A stretch of DNA of 63,646 nucleotides, the filler included, from Klebsormidium nitens (Eukaryota > Plantae > Klebsormidiophyceae), in the NCBI GenBank assembly GCA_000708835.1. It is 4 parts of 4 records of this genome, joined end to end, with 100 filler letters (N's around TTAATTAATTAA, not from the genome) between each part and the next. Parts side by side here need not be neighbours in the genome. Positions count along the whole stretch, not along the records: positions 48,646 to 61,333 come from DF238087.1; positions 61,434 to 63,646 come from DF237140.1; 2 more parts are not named here. One strand, 5' to 3'. Shown piece by piece: positions 55,997 to 63,646 of the stretch. Every line of letters begins with the position of its first letter. Positions within the stretch are counted from its first letter, which is position 1. The position numbers and the translations under genes are program-made. Below the pieces are notes generated by a model, which saw nothing but the letters and a program-made list of their open reading frames with translations, ran no database searches and was not told the DNA's origin.

Positions 55997-58900
55997 GTTC
56001 TAGCCCCCAGGGCCCACGGGCCCCGCCGGAATAACCAACCGGTCATGTGGTACCCCGAAAAATTGGGCCGCGAATCCCGGGTAGAATTCCGAGAATTTCA
56101 TACATGTTCCTCGGTAGTAGGCATGTACCAAGGTACAAACGGTACTGTTGGTCACGTACCAGCGGACAGCAAACCCCCAAAATTCACCCATAATGAAGGC
56201 CCAATGCCGGGATTTGTGCACTTGTCGAATAGAGTTGGGCATTCTATGCCTCTTCAAAAACCCCGGAAAACCACCTGATAAACGGGCATGAAACCCACAT
56301 TCAATCAACTGCACCGAACGGCCGGGCCGGTACCCCGAAAACACAGCCATTTACCAAGCATAAATCCCGGATATTGTATCTCTGTATATATATTATTGTG
56401 AAAAGAGGTATTGCTATTCTTGAACGATGCTACGTTGAATCACTACTTAAAGTCGTGATATGCAAATCATGCGTCGGGAAAAATAATTTGGAAAGTTCTA
56501 TAATTGATCTATCATCGACGGCAAAAGATCGACATTGGTTCGTATAGATTGTTCCATGATCGTTCCTTGGTCCTTATCGATCTTTAATAGGTCGGTTGGA
56601 CCAAGGCTGAACCTAGGTTACCAATATAGGCTGACGGTTGATTCTCGGTTGGCGTGTACCATTGATCAGTCGTGCTTCAACACATGATCAGCTTTCGCCG
56701 TCGAAGTAAAACTTCTCAAACCTTGAGCACTGTTGCATCAAAAACGATCATCCATTGCGCTCGGTTGGACTGTCACGTGGTCCGTCCCGACCCCGAGCAG
56801 GCCGTGACAAGCCGGTACGTACCATATCGTTGCTAAGTCCAGAATGCCTAAGTTATGTTTAAGTCGGTACCGGTACTCTCAGGTACCTACATGGTAGGAC
56901 CAAGTCCGACCAACTGCCTGCGATCGCGCTGAGCAATGCAGGTAAGAACCGCCCGTGGCGTATCATCGAGCCGTCCGATAGCGGGCACTCGCTTATCTAA
57001 CGGTTCGGCAGATTCAAAACAAGGTCATCCCGGTCCGGCCCTGTCAACCAAATTAACGCCGGCTTCGAACATTCAAACTGCAGACTGTGTCATGTAGACA
57101 GCCAAGTCTGGACTCAGGATCGTTTTACAGCTCAATGTCCAAGAAGGAACACGGCGCTCAAGCAGGAAAGATGAGCACCAAGTACCGGTAGGCTGGTATG
57201 ATGCTTAGGAGGCCAGGGAGGCCCCAATAAGCCTGCTGCAGAGGACCCTGCTGCGAAGGATGAGTTGCTCTGAGGGCATTCTTTTAATTTTAATAGAGTG
57301 GATTACCATATGGTAACACGGAAGCTGAGAGATGAGTGTACATCTGTTCTGAGCATTGGAGTGCTTTTGAACCCCTGACAGTGTGCAGGTAGTCCAGCAG
57401 AACGTAAGCCATCTAGCAGCATGCCAGCATGCAGGTCAGGAGCAGACGGTAATTGGTTTCTCCAGTGGACTAGCGGTACTTACTTATTCTCAGGTAGGAT
57501 GCCGCAACTCCTATCTCAGAATCTTAGACACGAGCTGTGAAAGGGTTTACAGCTTTCAAGGTGTAAGTTATGTGTTTGCCCAACTGTGAGTTGCTCGCTA
57601 GCTTGGAATATTTTGCTGTTGATTGCCTGCTTGGGGTGTCCTTGACGGTGGGCCAGATTTGGTTGCGACTTGTCCTCAGCAGGTACTTGCGCAACATGCT
57701 TGTGCAGAATTATGCTTGACACAGGTGAGGTTGAAAGCAGCAGCCACATCTCTTCTCCTGGTATTCTACGTCCCAGTTTTGCCTTGCTGCGGGTGCCAGT
57801 CAATGTAAATAATGATATCACAGCAGAGGCCGATCAGTGCAGAATCTAAGATACATTTGAAATGTTGCTGTGCCAAATTGATCTTCCACAGCCAAGCGGC
57901 TTGCCCTGTTTAAGTGCATTCACCTTGTTTTCGAACGCCTCTGCAGAGTTGTCAAAGATTGCATTCTGCAATGCTTAAAGAGTGCATGGTGTGATGCAGA
58001 TTAGTCTGCGCGCTGTCTGACCGAGTCCTCAGCTTTCGTTTCTGCAGAAGAATCATAAACAATGGCGCGCAAAGGCTGCAGCATCCCAAGTGGTCAGGTG
58101 GGCCTTCGTGGACTTAAAGCAGATTGCAGCACTTGCAAATTTCGGTAGACCCGACGCGATGCACAGATGTTTGTGCTGAAAGCATCGACCATCTTATTGA
58201 TTGTATCACACATCTTGACAGGCTGCTTCCGCGCTCGAGAGTTGTCCTCCAGAGCTTGTGGTTTCAGATTGAATTACGATTATTTGAACATTGCATAAGG
58301 ATTGCTTTTGCCATAGAGACATAGAAACCATTCTGGTCTTCTATGTTCTTCTCATGCAGGGACGCTGCATAAACCCGGGCTGGATGCGCAGTCCAAGTCA
58401 AATGCAGAGCAAGAGCTGAGAGAAGCAGTTCTGGTGAGTCCGTTATTCATCCCTAAGCTGCCGAACTGTTTTCTCCATGCTGGAGGGAAGCGCTGTCTGC
58501 TGCGAGAAGGCAGCGTCACTCATCCAGCCCTCAGCCAACAAGTCGGCTGGGCAAGCAGCATCATGGACTGTTTGAATTTTGTGTGATCTGTCGGCTTGAT
58601 TGGACTGTTTGATGGTGAGGTTGGGCGAACTTCATCGCAGTCGGTTGTACGCTGTAATCTGATTGCGCGGCTACTCTGATCTGGTTCCCATGACAAGAGA
58701 TCAAGCCTTTAGCATTAACACGCAAGCTTTTCAACTGAGTTCTGAAAGTACATATTCTATTCTTGAAGTCAGGTAGCAATGTGCCGTCCAAGTCGGTACA
58801 GGTCTTGTGCAGCTTGCTTATCTAGGTATGTTCTGCCCGCTGAACAGTGCTATCTCGTACTTTCAGAAGCAGTGATACAGATGTTTGGATAAAGTTAGTC

Positions 58901-60570
58901 TTTCAAAGTTTCAAAAGTAGGTATGACAAGCCCATTGAAGGGAGTTTTGTGTTATTGGTGCTTCTCAGCGCCTTCCCATTGAAGTCATTCATCAGCCAGA
59001 CCGAAGATGGAGCATTCAAATGATACCTGCATTGTATGAAAATGCAAGGATGTTTGGTCCGTGAATGATACAATATCTTTGATGGATGGAGAAAGATTAA
59101 CATGCCACCATGGATGTTCAGTCAGAGGGCCAACATTGCACCATGCTTGGAGTCACGTTGACCCAATGTATTCTCTAGAGAACACCCCCCTCCGGCCACT
59201 GCCCACTCTCGGGGTTTAGGTGCCACGTGGCAGGGGCGATCGAGTTTCGGCGCACTAGCGCGCGCAGAGCGACGCGGCCAGCTTAAAGTGGGCGTATGCA
59301 CTCGCGAGTGCACCTGGACATCGGACGGTTTTAACATGCGAGTTGAATCTATCGGACGGCTCAGAGTTGGCCTCCTCGAGGTTCTCCTCAGGACTCAGAC
59401 TCACTAGTGTGCATTTACCAGCTTTGAGCGGTAAGTCGCCTGCGCAGCGGAATTTGTATGCGTAGCGTGCCTTTCAGGCCACAGCTCTCTAGAACCTAGT
59501 CACTGAGTAGCTCTCAGCAAATGCACAAGTGTCCCATACCACTTGCTCTTAGCAGCTTTTAGGCTGCAAGTTCATATGCGAAGCTTTCAGTCATCCAATC
59601 ACTCACACAAGCAATGCACTTACAAACTTGTGCTCAGGGAGGCACATCTCATGTCATACCATCATAAGGGTAGTTCCCTGATCATGGCCATGAGCATTCT
59701 TCCTGCGGAGACTGTGCGCAGAGACAGTAGTCACGCAGCACTCATGCAATGAGGGGGCAACAATACCTGAGATATCACAAGGCGTCCTGCCTTAAAGCCA
59801 CACAGAATGTCTTAGTGCTTACACAGAGCACTAGCCCCTGGGGCTGTGCAGCTGCGGATCCCCTGTTCCTGCTCTGCTAGCGCCTCTGCGCTGTATTCCA
59901 AAAGCTAGGAAATCTGAAAACACAAGAAAAGAACTAAAGTTCTGCAAAGTTTCTAACTTCTATCGATTCTGGCCAAAGTGTTATGCGGCCTTTCCCCAAG
60001 TCTAAAGGACCCTTATTTATGTATGACTGGGTCGCCGGGACTCGTGGAAGGCTCCGGAAGGAGGCCCCGTAGAGAACCTGCACGATAGACCAAGCAAGTC
60101 TTAGCGCAGGTTCTCAATGAGATATTGAGTTCCTTTGCCCAGTCACGTTACTAATGCGGAGAGCTAACTTCTCTCCCCGCGAGGCCTTTCGACTTGTATC
60201 TACTAACGGTCGGATTTCTGCCTATCGATCTACGGTACTCTAATACTAAGTAAGCATCGTGCGGCTCTCCGGAGTCGCACGGGGTCACTAACGACTCCCG
60301 GTGCTAAACCGTGAAGGACGGAGACTCCGCATTCAGCAAGTCGAACTTGTACCGCGCCGCGGCTTAGCGCGCACACCTGTCCCTGCAGCAGCAAGTGTCT
60401 GCATGCCACGTGTCACAATCTTATACGCGCGCAACCGTGGTGGGACTTCCGCAGAGGGCGGGAGTATTCAGAGAGCACAACTGTATTCTCTATCCCCTCG
60501 CTGAGAGCTCGTCCCGGAGCGAGAAGGAAAAGAGACTTACTGTTTGTAGAGAAAACGAAGGCGAAGAAGA

Positions 60571-61230
60571 TCAGACGTCCCAGCGCGACTTCCGGAGGAC
60601 CGTCCGGATGGAGGTCGAAGTCGCAGCCGTGGTGACGACCGAAGTAGTTGTGGATGACCTCTTCAGAGGGGTCGTCCTGGAGCCGTCTTGTCCCACATCC
60701 CTTTTCCCTGAGAAAGGGCGCGAAGCCCCCTTCTTCCCTTTGCCCCCGCGCCTGTTCGCGGGGCGCTTCCCTTTTGGCGGCTTAAACTCCGCCCCGAGAG
60801 TCACTGTGGACACAGAAGACACGGCGGCGGCCTTCGCCTGCACCACTTTGCGCGCCTTAGCGAAGTCTGCTTTCCATTTGGTGCTGGCGACCGTCGCCTC
60901 TGCGTCCGCGATCTCCGCCTGAATGTCCTCCATCCAACTCAAGTCCCTCGACCGCCCCAGACAGATGTTGTCGGGGTCGTCGCAGTGCGAACCCCAAGTC
61001 TTTGCGATAAGCTGCAGCTGTTGTAGGCGACGTTGAGCAGAGATGTAAAGGAGCTCTGCCCCGAGCGCCGAAGAGTCTGCAGGGGGTTGATCAAACCGGG
61101 AGCGCTTGGGCTGAACGCTCTCATCTGGGGAAGGGGACCGGTCTCGAGCCCGGGATCGGGGGGCGAGCGTCGGGGAGGGGAACCCCTCGACTCTGGCTGC
61201 CCAGCTCGATCGCCTCCCGGTCCTCTGTTT
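60571..61230 (-). CDS. Possible terminal exon of an unidentified gene or element ORF (basic, low complexity)
   Basis: About 220 stop-free codons after a CCGCAG acceptor (KQRTGRR...RSRARDRSPSPDESVQPKRSRF...LSWMEDIQAEIADAE...RKSRWDV*). No recognisable domain. The scaffold ends just upstream. Confidence 0.35.
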   Translation of the reverse strand, partial: KQRTGRRSSWAARVEGFPSPTLAPRSRARDRSPSPDESVQPKRSRFDQPPADSSALGAELLYISAQRRLQQLQLIAKTWGSHCDDPDNICLGRSRDLSWMEDIQAEIADAEATVASTKWKADFAKARKVVQAKAAAVSSVSTVTLGAEFKPPKGKRPANRRGGKGKKGASRPFSGKRDVGQDGSRTTPLKRSSTTTSVVTTAATSTSIRTVLRKSRWDV

Positions 61231-61333
61231 CTGCGGCCAGAGCCAGCAACCGATGCCCGGGACTAGACTCGGGAGGTCCGGTAGGGGGAGAAGGGTTAGG
61301 GGTGCCTAAACGGTTCTGCAGATTGGACCGGTA

Positions 61334-61433
61334 NNNNNNNNNNNNNNNNNNNNNNNNNNNNNNNNNNNNNNNNNNNNTTAATTAATTAANNNNNNNNNNN
61401 NNNNNNNNNNNNNNNNNNNNNNNNNNNNNNNNN
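61334..61433. other. Artificial scaffold-joining spacer
   Basis: 100 nt, TTAATTAATTAA at 61378-61389 within Ns. Confidence 0.97.
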
Positions 61434-62039
61434 CGAGGGCAGAGACGTTGAGACGTCTTCTCGACATGGCTCTTGTGATTTCATCAAGCGTAAAGAAGCA
61501 AGTGCCTTGCGAGGTGCGAGTCTCGAGACTCCTCGACTGAATATGGAGCCTCTTCGTGAGTCCTAACTAATCAGTCAAGGCAAGAGGACGCAATTTTTCT
61601 GAGAGGCGCTCTTGCACGAGGTGATCCCAAGGCGTGCTGAGAAGCTTCGCATGGTTTCCGCACATGTGAAGTAGACAGGCAGCGTGTGACCCTGTCCAAC
61701 CGTCACAGCATGCTACGAAATGCTCGAAGAAAGAAGGGCGGCTGCCACGCTCGTAAGACGTCGGCTTGAAAAAAGAGGGGGGTTCGATGTCACGTGTTTG
61801 AAGCTCCGTTGACAGCTGGCGGAGAAACAAAGCTCGATCGATGGCTCAAAAAACATGTCGACAAGGCCAATCGTACTCCACATGAAAGTCATTTGCAAAC
61901 CGGAAACAAAACAAGACTTTGTAAGCCCCTGAAAGACGAGGTGGTGAAAGCGAATGGCTTGCATCGGATCTACGAAGAGTTGCCAAGAATGCATGCATGT
62001 CATATGGTCAGCAGAGCACCTCGTATGTGTACATGTAGG

Positions 62040-63217
62040 ATCAAGGCAGAAGCATCCGCTTCAAGATCCATATCAGGGCACCGAAATCAATCAGGAGCCC
62101 AAACCTCTCGACGTCACTGGTAAGTAGCCTGGACCATTTCGACGCTGTTGAAAATAGCGAGTGCGTGTCCGAGAAGCAGTGCCTACTCGTCGATTGCAAG
62201 GGCATCAACGATGACAAAGCAGGACTTGGAGTGAGATGCTTCCCAAGCGCTGAATGATCATTGCACTCAAAAACAAATGGTGGTCTGATTGATGTACGTA
62301 ACCTGAGATGATTGTTCGAACAACAAGGATCGAAGCAATTTGTATGGATAAAAGATCCTTTGATCGTGACCAAGGCGATCAGAAATTCAACCTAAGGCGA
62401 GCTTCTGGTCATGTCTAGTAAGGACGGGCGTTTTGAAACTCGGCTTGTTAGTGGTACAGAACTGAGACATGCATAGACGGCTCACGATCGAGAGTGGTAC
62501 TTGAAGGACATAGATCCTATTGAAGCAGTTTCACCGGGCCTCGGGTCGCCTCTTTCTGTGAGGCTTTCCCGACGACTGAGGGTATTGCTCCCATGCGCGA
62601 GACAACTCATTGCCCTCTTCGCATTTCTGCAATCGCTCTGAAATGCACTGCCTCCGAAATCTTCTGTACGCTTATGCCTGAAGAAACTGAAGCCGCACAA
62701 CCTGCCGAACATACCGTTTCGAGTGCAGTAAGTGAGCACGCTTCCTGTTATCATGAAGTCAAAGCATCACGCGCACGGCATCTTTGAACAAAGCTGCCCA
62801 TCCGATCAAGAACATGCAAAGTACGGCTTCAATAAGTAACGCAGCCTAGATTGGCCTGGAATTATGCCCTCCCGGTTAGCGAAGCTAGTCGAATAACTAT
62901 GTACTGTCATTGGCGCACACGCAATGATGTTACTCATCAGCGTCAGATCGAGAAATGGAACGTCGGAGATGCTCAAAACATCACGGGCTTCTTGATCTTA
63001 GAAATGTGTTTTGCGGAAGCTCAGGGAGACGAAGTATAACGGGGCTGTCACTAGTCCCGCTCGCGGCAATGGAATTACGTGGTGGATCCGGAAGTGCCTA
63101 TCGATAGTAATGTGCAAAGCTCCAAAAAGGAAACTGCGCACAGATTATGCCGTCGACGTGCTTTGCGACGCGCACAACTTCTGGGAATCTTTTGATTGGC
63201 CGCTCCGGATCCTCTAG
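62040..63217 (+). pseudogene. Possible decayed coding sequence of unknown family
   Basis: After a GTAG acceptor, one frame reads protein-like (DQGRSIRFKIHIRAPK...KQFVWIKDPLIVTKAIRN...REWYLKDIDPIEAV) with scattered in-frame stops (first at 62255). No motif recognised. Confidence 0.25.
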
Positions 63218-63646
63218 AGCAATGAGCGCAAGGACAATTGTCTGATTAGGCGGAGTCCCGGATCGACATTGACAGCGTACTTTCAATTGCAGATATTCCG
63301 CAGAAAGCCCCTGGGCTTCAATTGTAAAAGAAAGAGAACACAAGCGGCAAATGCATCTGCTGCCGCAGGAGAGGATAAACGTAGTACGTCTACAGTTGGT
63401 GCAAAGGTGCCAGAGAAGGTCCGCTTGAGCGGTTGCAGCGTGGGCCTTAGAGAAAAAGCCTTTACGATGTCAGGAGGGCGCTTTTCATTGGAAACAGTGC
63501 GAAACTGTGCATTAACAACGCCGTCGTACCTGCACACCGCCCCACGCCTTTTATTTGCACGGGCTATAAGAGAAGTGACCATTGGAAAGGACTCAAGGCA
63601 GAGACAAACCCAAGAGGTTTGGTTCCTTAAGGCAGCAATTGTGACG

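Noticed and set aside
57133-58440. Exon-like pieces on the plus strand (MSKKEHG..., KNHKQWRAK..., GTLHKPGLD...)
   Set aside because: They have plausible splice signals, but I could not assemble a consistent frame or recognise a domain.
58903-59103. Peptide YHSRTKH resembling the copia RNase H motif
   Set aside because: The flanking residues do not fit (no IDIRYHF spacing, no upstream DN/S motif) and there is no RT or LTR nearby. Likely chance.
56968-59364. 14-bp inverted match GAGCCGTCCGATAG / CTATCGGACGGCTC as TIRs of a 2.4-kb element
   Set aside because: No TSD or extended similarity. ATCGGACGG-type words occur elsewhere (e.g. 16795, 59321) and are common promoter-like motifs.
28286-61433. 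TTAATTAATTAA palindrome recurring three times (28330, 48590, 61378)
   Set aside because: Always centred in an exact 100-nt N spacer. It is a six-frame-stop linker added when scaffolds were concatenated, so it is not biological and cross-linker gene neighbourhoods are not real.

Overview
Eukaryotic, intron-rich genomic DNA. Gene content, intron style and GC-rich exons suggest a streptophyte alga such as Klebsormidium (inference). The window is four unrelated scaffolds joined by artificial 100-nt spacers (N44-TTAATTAATTAA-N44 at 28286, 48546 and 61334), so adjacency across those joins means nothing. Segment 1 (1-28285): BRF1 (TFIIIB), NEDD8 protease SENP8/DEN1, a plastid DUF1118 protein, and a 15-kb Munc13-like gene (C2 + MUN/MHD + two GRAM-like domains). 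Segment 2 (28386-48545): a universal-stress-protein gene broken by a +1 frameshift inside a perfect 19-bp hairpin, an EMB8/ABHD-type alpha/beta hydrolase, an F-box-like orphan, and the 3' part of a cation-chloride cotransporter. Segment 3 (48646-61333): a transposon nest with a young pol-less LTR retroelement (4-bp TSD, tRNA-Asp PBS, asymmetric LTR ends, unusual double zinc-knuckle ORF), a hAT MITE, an AT-flanked GGGG-ended MITE and dyad repeats. Segment 4 looks like decayed coding DNA. Three observations stand out. (1) About ten exon-intron junctions of two genes are echoed as degenerate copies inside the adjacent intron, including 10 decoy acceptors in one intron. (2) The LTR element's 3' terminus is absent from its 5' LTR and matches the inverted opposite end. 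(3) The hairpin-perfecting frameshift in the USP gene. Exon boundaries were read by hand and nothing was searched against databases.
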